A stretch of DNA of 64,000 bases from Ignavibacteria bacterium. Lineage in GTDB: Bacteria > Bacteroidota > Ignavibacteria > Tepidaquicellales > OLB5. Positions 56,100 through 64,000 of this stretch are shown piece after piece. A program made the translations under genes and the position numbers. The stretch is taken from assembly GCA_017303675.1 (NCBI GenBank), contig JAFLBX010000001.1, positions 133,970 through 197,969 of the forward strand, given 5' to 3'. The notes beneath the pieces were generated by a model. It saw nothing but the letters and a program-made list of their open reading frames with translations, had not been told where the DNA came from and did not search any database. Each line of letters starts with the position of its first letter. Position 1 is the stretch's first letter.

Positions 56100-58124
56100 T
56101 TACTTCACCAATATCATTTTTTTCACATCTGTAAAATTACCTGATGTAATTCTGTAGAAATAAATTCCGCTGGTATAATTTGCGGCATTCCATTCAATAT
56201 TATGGTTTCCGGCTGCCAGGTTTTTATTTATAATTTCATCAACAAGCTTGCCGTTAATATCATAAACTGCTAAAACTACATTCCCGCCTTCAGGAAGCCT
56301 GAAGCTGATATTTGTAGAAGGATTGAACGGATTTGGATAATTTTGGAGCAATGAATATTTATCAGGTATCTCATTGGTATTATTTGAAATTCCAACAAAT
56401 CCCATATTGATATTGATAAATCTTTCATGAACAGGTGTTCCGTTCGGTCCGTTACCCAGTACTCTTATATTATAATTTCCGCTTGGAACTCCGCCGGAAG
56501 ATTTGATCCTGAGCCTTAATGAATCAGGGAAGGTTGTTAAACGGTTCTGAAGTGTATTTGTGGTTTTATTCAGAAAGTCCAGTGTAATAGTACCTGTTCC
56601 CGGGGGATTTGTAACAGTAGCAGAAAATAATACTGTATCGCTGTAAAGCTTTACAGCTGGTACTCCGGTATATACAAATGCACTGTCATTTATACCGTTC
56701 ATTCCAAAAGCATTTGGCTGAACTCTCATTGCAAAATCAGGAAAGTATGAACCCATGTTCAAAGCTGTTCCGTTCCTGTGATCACCCCATACACTGAAAG
56801 CTACTTTGGGATTATTTGCCATCATTGTTGTATAATCACCCCTGTAACATCCGGGTGAACAAGGCGGATTTGGAAATATAAATGACTGGTTGGTTAATCT
56901 CTGGTTTGCTGCAAAAGTTTGTCCGCCATCTGTTGTATATGTAGCGTAAATATCAGTTGTAAAATTTGTTGGATTTGCACGGTCATCATACCAGTGTATA
57001 TATAATTTACCGGTTGTTCTTTCGCACCAAATTTCCGGGAACCACTGATCACTTGCTGTAGGATTAGCATTATCATTTACTCTTACCCTTGCGCTCCATG
57101 TTAAGCCCTGGTCTGTTGAATAACGCAGCCAGATATCAGGTTTATTGCCAGAACCCGGCGGATCATTTGAGGCATTAATAAAATATAATCTTCCTCTGTA
57201 AGGACCGTTGCTGTTATCCATCGCAATTTTTGGATGCGGAGCAGTTCTAGCATTGTTAATTGTATTTCTGCCGCCGGCATATGTTCCTACAAATCCAGAC
57301 CAGCCTGACTGGCTGGACATTAATGTAAAGTTCGCACCTCCGTTAGTGGAACGGTAAAAATTATATACTCTTGTACCTGAGGCATCTGAACCTGTATTAG
57401 TTACATATATTACACATCCGCCGTTGGTTGAACCATCTGGTCCCACTGCTATATAGCAGCCGGGAAGTGAATTGCTTGGTGTAAATGTTGTAGTCCATGT
57501 TAAGCCTGCATCAGTACTTCTTCCGAAGTTTCCCGGTGTCATTGCTGCATACACATAGTTTGCATACGGTCCTGTTCCTGTATATTCAGCAGAAACATGG
57601 TTTCTGTCATTGCCGCTTACAGAAAGTATCGGTGCGCTCCAGGTTTGGCCGTTATTTGTTGAGCGGTAAATATACTGTCCTGTAACACCTGAAGCATATA
57701 TCAAAACACCGCTGCCGGTATGCGCCGCCCATGGGTCACAGCACGTACCTGCCGGATATGTTGGGTTTGAAAGATACCAGTTTAAGCCGCCGTTGGTAGT
57801 ACCTCTGAAATTCTGTGGACTTGCATTGGCACCAAAGAAAAACCATAACGGGTTCAGCGGGTTAGAAGAACCGTATTGCTCATAGTTATCAATACCAACA
57901 TCAAAATTATCAAAATCGCTGATCGTTACTATATTAGGTGTCGGGTTTTGGTTGTGCCTGAAATGGGAAAATGATTCTCTTGTAGGCTGCTCAATATTGG
58001 GATTATTATCATCAAAATTATGCCCGGGTATATGCGCCTGGAGAAGTAAAACTCCGCAGGTAATTAGAAATAATATCAAAATCAAATTACCGGCTCTTGT
58101 AGAAAAACGGTTAACATTCTTCAT
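56100..58124 (-). CDS. T9SS-sorted BNR (Asp-box) sialidase-fold protein
   Basis: 674 aa with five Asp-box-like motifs (RSTNNGQTWS, RSTDAGLTWT, RSTNGGANFT, YSTDQGLTWS, YTTDGGQTFA). An Ig-like spacer precedes a CTD ending KKMILVK. Confidence 0.75.
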   Translation of the reverse strand: MKNVNRFSTRAGNLILILFLITCGVLLLQAHIPGHNFDDNNPNIEQPTRESFSHFRHNQNPTPNIVTISDFDNFDVGIDNYEQYGSSNPLNPLWFFFGANASPQNFRGTTNGGLNWYLSNPTYPAGTCCDPWAAHTGSGVLIYASGVTGQYIYRSTNNGQTWSAPILSVSGNDRNHVSAEYTGTGPYANYVYAAMTPGNFGRSTDAGLTWTTTFTPSNSLPGCYIAVGPDGSTNGGCVIYVTNTGSDASGTRVYNFYRSTNGGANFTLMSSQSGWSGFVGTYAGGRNTINNARTAPHPKIAMDNSNGPYRGRLYFINASNDPPGSGNKPDIWLRYSTDQGLTWSARVRVNDNANPTASDQWFPEIWCERTTGKLYIHWYDDRANPTNFTTDIYATYTTDGGQTFAANQRLTNQSFIFPNPPCSPGCYRGDYTTMMANNPKVAFSVWGDHRNGTALNMGSYFPDFAMRVQPNAFGMNGINDSAFVYTGVPAVKLYSDTVLFSATVTNPPGTGTITLDFLNKTTNTLQNRLTTFPDSLRLRIKSSGGVPSGNYNIRVLGNGPNGTPVHERFININMGFVGISNNTNEIPDKYSLLQNYPNPFNPSTNISFRLPEGGNVVLAVYDINGKLVDEIINKNLAAGNHNIEWNAANYTSGIYFYRITSGNFTDVKKMILVK

Positions 58125-58216
58125 TTGCGATAAATTTATTTGTGGAATATCTGAATATAACTGAAAATTTTTAAATCAATAATGCTAAATTATATTAATC
58201 CAATACCTTGATACAG

Positions 58217-59368
58217 TTACTTAATTAATACCATTTTTTTTGAAATTTTACCGTTTACTGCAGTTAATTCATAATAATAAATTCCGCTGGCATACGTAGA
58301 GGCATCCCACTGTATTTCATATTTGCCCGGTTTTAAATGATCATTTAATAAAGTTTCTGCTAATCTTCCTGAAACATCAAATATTTTAACCGTCGTTAAT
58401 CCGTTTTTCGTTATATTAAAATTAATATTTGTTACCGGATTAAACGGGTTAGGATAATTTTGATATAATATAAAATCCTTTGTTATTTCATTTTGCGGGT
58501 TAATTCCAATCGGGGTCAGAATGATAGTAGTATCATCCTTTAAAGAATCTGGGTATGCAATAAATTTTATGTTAAGGCTATCTGTATAAGATGTAATGAA
58601 CATTGCCCCGTAGTTTCCTGTGAACCTGAACCTGCTTTCTGGTACCACAGTTGCAAATTCCCGCCAGTCTTTTCCGCCGAGTCCGTTAACATAATACGTT
58701 AATCCTGTGCTGTCAACAAGCCTTTCGTAATTATGTTCATGTCCGCAAAATACTACAGTTGCGCCCCATTGTTTAAACGGCCACCGCATATCAAGGTTAT
58801 TACCATGCTGCCCGGATGAATATGTCGGATGGTGAAAGTAAACAATTTTAAACCTGGCAACTGATTGCGTTAGTTTGTTCATTAACCAAAAGGCCTGCGG
58901 TGAGCTTGAAGTTATTCCATCAGGTTCATTAATATCACTGTTTATTACAAAGAAGTGAATGTTACCTTTTACAAAATCATAATATCTCTCATTACCGGGA
59001 AGCTGAAAATAATTAATGTAAGGCCTTGCAGAATCTGTTAACCAGTCATGGTTACCCATTGCCGGAAAAAATTTATTGAACGGTGCTCCTGTTCCGAAGT
59101 TTCCCGTATAAGGGAATATATAATCATGGTAAAACTGACCAATATTTGAATCAATTGTCGAATCAGCTCCGTATTCATAATTATTATCACCAAGTGTGAT
59201 TATGAAATCGGGATTCATATCATGGATCATTTGTGAAACAAGCACTTCACCCGCGGTGTACCATCTACCATAGTCACCAATTGCAGCAAACTTTACAATA
59301 TGCTGTGAATAAATATCATTTAGAGCAAGCAATAATACAAATATTAGTAGACAACAGTATTTCAGCAT
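58217..59368 (-). CDS. T9SS-sorted calcineurin-like metallophosphoesterase
   Basis: Motifs GDYG, GDNNY, GNHD, FHHP and GHEHNYER in canonical order. The CTD ends KKMVLIK. Confidence 0.85.
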   Translation of the reverse strand: MLKYCCLLIFVLLLALNDIYSQHIVKFAAIGDYGRWYTAGEVLVSQMIHDMNPDFIITLGDNNYEYGADSTIDSNIGQFYHDYIFPYTGNFGTGAPFNKFFPAMGNHDWLTDSARPYINYFQLPGNERYYDFVKGNIHFFVINSDINEPDGITSSSPQAFWLMNKLTQSVARFKIVYFHHPTYSSGQHGNNLDMRWPFKQWGATVVFCGHEHNYERLVDSTGLTYYVNGLGGKDWREFATVVPESRFRFTGNYGAMFITSYTDSLNIKFIAYPDSLKDDTTIILTPIGINPQNEITKDFILYQNYPNPFNPVTNINFNITKNGLTTVKIFDVSGRLAETLLNDHLKPGKYEIQWDASTYASGIYYYELTAVNGKISKKMVLIK

Positions 59369-59417
59369 ATTCTAATATAATAATAACAGATTAAATGTAA
59401 TATAACCAATAAAAAAA

Positions 59418-59434
59418 GCCCGGCATAGCCGGGC
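59418..59434 (-). terminator. intrinsic terminator
   Basis: GCCCGGC-ATA-GCCGGGC with T7 on the minus strand, 17 nt after the stop of the gene at 59451. Confidence 0.65.
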
Positions 59435-59450
59435 TTTAAATTCAATTAAG

Positions 59451-60809
59451 TTATTTTATCAGCACCATTTTCCTGGTTTCTGAAAAATCTGATGAAATAA
59501 GCTTATAAAAATATACTCCGCTCGAATAATTTGCAGCATCAAAGTTTACTTCGTAGTTACCAGCTGAAATTTCACCGTTAATTATTGTTTCAACCAATGC
59601 TCCGCGGGAATTATAAATGGAAACATTTACAAATCCGTTTTGGGGAACACTGAATTTGAATTTAGTAAGCGGGTTAAATGGATTAGGGTAGTTTTGTTCT
59701 AATGAGTATTCAGAAGGAATTACTGTTCCGAGCTGATTTATTCCAGTATTGATCTTCCATGCAGCAATATTATTAACTGAAACTCCGCCGGCTTGAGTGA
59801 ATGTTCCGCCGGTAATAATATCGTTAAGATAGCTGTTTATAGTTTTTACCCTTGGAGTTGGACCATTAATACCTGAACCAAGCGGACTCCAGTTTGTACC
59901 ATTATATACAGCTATTCTTGAAGCCGGCTGAAGATCGGCAAAATCAAAAGTACCTCCGGCAAATAATGCTGAACCTAATGAATGCAGAGCATAAACTCCG
60001 TTGCTGAATCCAAATCCAACATTAGACCAGCTGGTTCCGTTCCATCTTGCGATCCTGTTAGTAGCAGAACCGCCGATAGTAGTGAATGTCCCGCCGGCAT
60101 ATAATGAGCTGTTATAAACCCTGAAACAATAAACTCCTCCGTCATCCATTCCAACTCCTAAAGTTGCCCAGCGTGAGCCATTCCACCTGGCTACTTTTTT
60201 AGCCTCTACAGAATCAGCTACATTAAAATTACCCCCTGCATACAACAAAGAGTTGTAAAATGCCAAAGCGTTTACATTGGCATCAAATCCCCAACCCATT
60301 GTTTGCCACGTTACATTATACCGGGCAATTCTTTGAGTGTTCAGAGAATTTACAGAAGTAAAGCTGCCGCCTGCAACCAGGAAGCTTCCCTGTACTGCTA
60401 AAGCATAAACATCGCCGTTGAACAAACCACCGGTAGAGCTCCACGAAGAACCATTCCACACAGCAATTTTATTACAGCTTACACCTCCTGCTGTAGTAAA
60501 TTTACCGCCTGCAACAAGCATTCCGTTGTAAATTGTCAGTGCGAATATTGTATCATTGGTTCCTAAACCCAGTGGCAGCCATGTTGTTCCGTTCCATCTT
60601 GCGATATTGTTCACAAGCTGCCCGCCTGCTGTAGAAAAGAATCCGGCTGCAACAATTTCAGAATTGTAGTTTATTAAGGCATTCACAGAACCCGAAGCTC
60701 CGGTTCCCATATTAACCCATACCTGTGAATATGTGATTGTACAACTGGTAAAAACAATAAGGAAAACTGATAAAAAACTTTTAAAATTCAATACTGTAGA
60801 TTTTTTCAT
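59451..60809 (-). CDS. T9SS-sorted Kelch-like beta-propeller repeat protein
   Basis: 452 aa. A ~50-aa unit occurs about seven times and ends in I-A-(R/V/A)-(W/Y)-N-G-x-x-W, followed by an (A/G)GG(x)F strand. The CTD ends RKMVLIK. Confidence 0.75.
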   Translation of the reverse strand: MKKSTVLNFKSFLSVFLIVFTSCTITYSQVWVNMGTGASGSVNALINYNSEIVAAGFFSTAGGQLVNNIARWNGTTWLPLGLGTNDTIFALTIYNGMLVAGGKFTTAGGVSCNKIAVWNGSSWSSTGGLFNGDVYALAVQGSFLVAGGSFTSVNSLNTQRIARYNVTWQTMGWGFDANVNALAFYNSLLYAGGNFNVADSVEAKKVARWNGSRWATLGVGMDDGGVYCFRVYNSSLYAGGTFTTIGGSATNRIARWNGTSWSNVGFGFSNGVYALHSLGSALFAGGTFDFADLQPASRIAVYNGTNWSPLGSGINGPTPRVKTINSYLNDIITGGTFTQAGGVSVNNIAAWKINTGINQLGTVIPSEYSLEQNYPNPFNPLTKFKFSVPQNGFVNVSIYNSRGALVETIINGEISAGNYEVNFDAANYSSGVYFYKLISSDFSETRKMVLIK

Positions 60810-60975
60810 TATTGCTATCCCCCGTTAAAGTGATTTTTCAAAATTAACAAGAAATATTTGAAATAATACAGTATAAATTTTTAGTACTATATAAAAATTG
60901 AAACTTTAATAGGCTGTTTTTCTTTATAAATATTAATAACTTTATAAATAATTTAATAAAAATACAGGAGATAAA

Positions 60976-61566
60976 ATGTCAAAAAAGTTAATTTTAAGCT
61001 TATTTTTAGCGTTTTTTGCACTAACTGTTGATTTGCTTTCTTTAACTAAAGGTCCGGGGGATAAAATTGATAATTTTAATATCACAAGTATAGATGGAAA
61101 TTCTTACAGCCTCAATGATGCTCTCAAATCCTCTGATAAAGGATTAATTGTCATCTTCTGGTCAACAGAGTGCCCATGGGTACAGCCCTATAACGACAGG
61201 ATCAATGATTATGTAAAAGATTACAATGAAAAAGGATTTACAGTTTGGGTAATAAACTCAAACAATACTGAAAGCAAAGATGCAGTTATTGAGCACACCA
61301 AAAAGAACAGTTATTTTTTCCCGATGCTGAAGGATGAAAATAACGTAGTTGCGGATCTTTTCGGGGCTACAAGAACTCCAGAAGCTTTTGTTCTCAGCAA
61401 AGAAAACGTGATATTGTATCACGGAAGAATTTCCGATAACAGGACAGCTGCTGAACAAACAACACATGATCTTAAAAATGCAGCAGATGAAATTGCAGCA
61501 GGAAAAGATGTTTCGGTAAAAGAAACAAAATCTTTTGGCTGCGGAATTAAAAGAGTTGAAAAATAA
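60976..61566 (+). CDS. thioredoxin-fold protein, PRX_like1 type
   Basis: Signal peptide. Single active-site Cys in WSTECPWV. FPMLKDE..., TPEAFV and a distal C-terminal FGCGIK motif. The family name is from memory. Confidence 0.65.
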   Translation: MSKKLILSLFLAFFALTVDLLSLTKGPGDKIDNFNITSIDGNSYSLNDALKSSDKGLIVIFWSTECPWVQPYNDRINDYVKDYNEKGFTVWVINSNNTESKDAVIEHTKKNSYFFPMLKDENNVVADLFGATRTPEAFVLSKENVILYHGRISDNRTAAEQTTHDLKNAADEIAAGKDVSVKETKSFGCGIKRVEK

Positions 61567-61580
61567 ATTATAAAAACCAA

Positions 61581-62066
61581 ATGAAAACTATTGCGGGAAT
61601 TATTGCTTTATTATTTTTCACATTAACATTACAGTCACAGGAAGTTAAGACAATTACTTCTACTGATGAGTATAAAGAGCTGCTTGATAATTCTAAAGGG
61701 AAAGTTGTGCTTGTAAATTTCTGGGCAACATGGTGCCCGCCCTGTGTAAAGGAATTCCCCGAGCTTGTTAAGCTGTACAACGATTATAAAAGCAAAGATT
61801 TTGTTCTGTTATTCATTTCTCTGGATGATAAATCAGAATATGATTCCAAACTGCTTCCATTCCTGAAAAAACAAGGCGTAGATTTTACATCTTATTTTGG
61901 GAATTTCAGCAATCCCGAAACAATTATGAACTATGTGGATAAATCCTGGCAGGGAGAAATACCTTTTACAGGAATATACAATAAAGATGGAATTCTTTCT
62001 AAAACTTTGATGGGTAACAAAACCTACGAACAGTTTGAAACAGAGATCAAAAAGTATATGGATTAA
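61581..62066 (+). CDS. TlpA-family thiol:disulfide oxidoreductase
   Basis: Signal peptide and VNFWATWCPPCVKEFPEL, a CxxC motif. Confidence 0.85.
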   Translation: MKTIAGIIALLFFTLTLQSQEVKTITSTDEYKELLDNSKGKVVLVNFWATWCPPCVKEFPELVKLYNDYKSKDFVLLFISLDDKSEYDSKLLPFLKKQGVDFTSYFGNFSNPETIMNYVDKSWQGEIPFTGIYNKDGILSKTLMGNKTYEQFETEIKKYMD

Positions 62067-62088
62067 TTAATCAGGCATTAACAAAAAA

Positions 62089-62119
62089 GCCCGTTCATTT
62101 AACTGAACGGGCTTTTTTT
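62089..62119. terminator. bidirectional intrinsic terminator
   Basis: GCCCGTTCA-TTTAAC-TGAACGGGC, flanked by A6 and T7, between convergent genes. Confidence 0.7.
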
Positions 62120-62125
62120 ATACTT

Positions 62126-62563
62126 TTAGCCGGGCAGTTTTGCCATCTGGAACCAAAAATCCTCGATAATTTTTACTGCCTGTGTGTATTCATCAAAATC
62201 AACAGGCTTGGTAACATAACAGTTAGCACTGAGATCATAAGATTTTGTTATATGATCTTCTGAACTTGAGCTGCTTAACATTATTACAGGGATCTTTTTA
62301 AGCTCAGGGTCTTTTTTAATAGTATCAAGAACTTCAAACCCGTTCTTTTTGGGAAGGTTAATATCCAGCAGGATTATATCAGGTTTTATCCTGTCTGCGT
62401 ATTTCCCCTTTGCATATAAATAATTCAATGCATCTTCACCGTCCCTGGCAACAGAAAAGTTCTTGTCAACCTTGCTTTCGCTGAACGCCTCTTTTATAAG
62501 ACGCACATCACCTTCATTATCTTCTACAAGCAAAACCTGCAGACTTTTAGGAATATAATCCAT
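62126..62563 (-). CDS. response regulator, receiver domain only
   Basis: LLVEDNEGD, phospho-acceptor context DIILLDINLP and a later conserved K (YVTKP). There is no output domain. Confidence 0.85.
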   Translation of the reverse strand: MDYIPKSLQVLLVEDNEGDVRLIKEAFSESKVDKNFSVARDGEDALNYLYAKGKYADRIKPDIILLDINLPKKNGFEVLDTIKKDPELKKIPVIMLSSSSSEDHITKSYDLSANCYVTKPVDFDEYTQAVKIIEDFWFQMAKLPG

Positions 62564-62648
62564 TATTAAATTATGTTATCGTTATATATTCAAAAATACC
62601 AAATTAATAAATCAACAACAAGGTGAGAGTTTCATAAAATTAAACCGG

Positions 62649-64000
62649 TTATTCATTATCAGGAATAGTAAAAGTAAAAGTTGAACCTTTTCCGGGTTCA
62701 GATTCTACCCATAAATGTCCGCCTAATTTTTCTATTATCTTTTTACAAATTGCCAGCCCAATACCTGTTCCGGGATATTCAGAACTGTTATGCAGCCTCT
62801 GGAATATGATGAATATTTTATCACTGAACTCCTTATCAATTCCAATTCCGTTATCAGAAACAGTAAACAACCATTCATCACCGGCATGTTTTGCAGAAAT
62901 ATTTACTATCGGCTTAGTATCCGGTTTTCTGAATTTAATCGCATTGCTGATAAGGTTCTGGAATAACTGGTTCAGCTGCATCTGGTTTGCCCTTACTGTA
63001 GGCAGGTTCTCATAATTAACCGTTGCCCCTGTTTCAGCGATTGATGCTGCAAGATTTTTCAGGTTTTGTTCAACTATTCTATTGCAGTCAACATCTTCCA
63101 GCGGAGCCTCTTTTGTATTCACCCTGGAATAAGCAAGAAGGTCGTTTATCAGAGTTTTCATTCTGACAACGCCATCAACAGCGTAATTTATGAATTCATC
63201 TGCTTCTGCGCTGATGTTGCCTTTATATCTTCTCTGAAGCAGCTGTATATAGCTCGCAACCATCCTTAATGGTTCCTGCAGATCGTGTGAAGCTACATAA
63301 GCGAACTGTTCCAGTTCTTTATTTGAAGATGAAAGTTTTTCTGCCAGCTGTTTAAGCTTGCCTTCGGTAGTTTTATGTTCAGTAATATTTATCAATACAC
63401 CAGCCATATGAGAGTCGCCATTGTTACGCACTTTAATCATATGATCTTCTACCCAAATGTATGTGCCGTCAGCCCTTCTTACCCTGAATTCCAGGTTAAG
63501 CACACCGGGTGATCCGGCCTTATGCCATTCTTTGGTCTTTTCCTCGATTGAAAGCCAGTCTCCTGGATGTGTAATGGTTTTAAAGAATTGCCTGTCACTG
63601 AACAAATCTGCACTGTAGCCAAGCATTTCACTCACATTTTCAGACATGAACTCCTTACCGCCGCCGGTTTCATATAATACAACATCCTGCAGGTTTTTAA
63701 GCAGTGTTGCAAGCCTGAACTGGGTTTTACTAAGTTCTTCCTGGGCTTTTTTGGATTCAGTTATATCGCGCTGTGAACCCCAAATGCGGATCAATGCATC
63801 ATTTTCAACGATACCAACAAGATTGTTCATTAAGATCTTTCTGTTACCGTTTTTATCCATTTCGATTGATTCAATATTATCGATCTTATATCCGCCCATT
63901 ATACTTTTTCTTATATAATCAATATTTTTAGGCTCAGATTCGATCAACAATTCTCCAATCCTTGCACCGGCAATATCTGCTGCGGATTCATAACCATACA
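62649..64000 (-). CDS. PAS-domain sensor histidine kinase (5' end beyond window)
   Basis: H-box ASHDLQEPLR, N-box LISNAIKF, G1 DNGIGI and G2 GTGIGL, with two PAS-like segments upstream. The frame stays open from 63950 to the window edge, so the CDS is partial. Confidence 0.85.
   Translation of the reverse strand, partial: YGYESAADIAGARIGELLIESEPKNIDYIRKSIMGGYKIDNIESIEMDKNGNRKILMNNLVGIVENDALIRIWGSQRDITESKKAQEELSKTQFRLATLLKNLQDVVLYETGGGKEFMSENVSEMLGYSADLFSDRQFFKTITHPGDWLSIEEKTKEWHKAGSPGVLNLEFRVRRADGTYIWVEDHMIKVRNNGDSHMAGVLINITEHKTTEGKLKQLAEKLSSSNKELEQFAYVASHDLQEPLRMVASYIQLLQRRYKGNISAEADEFINYAVDGVVRMKTLINDLLAYSRVNTKEAPLEDVDCNRIVEQNLKNLAASIAETGATVNYENLPTVRANQMQLNQLFQNLISNAIKFRKPDTKPIVNISAKHAGDEWLFTVSDNGIGIDKEFSDKIFIIFQRLHNSSEYPGTGIGLAICKKIIEKLGGHLWVESEPGKGSTFTFTIPDNE

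Noticed and set aside
1-64000. Whether the cargo island is a mobile genomic island or prophage.
   Set aside because: No integrase, transposase, tRNA target, phage structural genes or flanking direct repeats were seen anywhere in the window.

Overview
AT-rich bacterial chromosome fragment. It most likely comes from an Ignavibacteria-like member of the FCB group. That placement is an inference from 16 predicted proteins ending in the NYPNPFNP...GVYFY...KKMVLIK type-A T9SS sorting domain. No rRNA, tRNA, CRISPR, transposase or integrase was recognised. Region 1-16.6 kb holds small housekeeping and accessory genes: an ArsR-SnoaL-3xSRPBCC-MATE-DoxX operon, four GNATs, a cupin, pyrD, a cysteine desulfurase, pssA-psd, purC, a DUF4159-like gene and an RibD_C-type reductase. 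Region 16.7-20.2 kb encodes a 1150-aa membrane protein with a very long K/E/Q/M coiled-coil tract. Region 20.4-60.8 kb is a T9SS cargo island, interrupted by a GT-C/TPR-MltG-polytopic membrane operon, an 818-aa spermidine-synthase-like membrane protein and a GldA/F/G-like ABC operon with a DUF4340-like gene. The window ends with two thioredoxin-fold genes, a receiver-only response regulator and a PAS histidine kinase truncated by the window edge. The most unusual feature is at 28.6-39.7 kb. It is a six-cistron array of T9SS cargo paralogs in the order A-A-A-B-B-A, with one candidate promoter and one strong terminator. Four of its junctions are ATGA stop/start overlaps. A near-identical 3' module is shared across non-homologous cargo. 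The A-family sorting-domain codons carry an in-frame GC-rich double hairpin whose second stem changes sequence but keeps its pairing. All functional calls come from motif recognition by eye; no database search was run.
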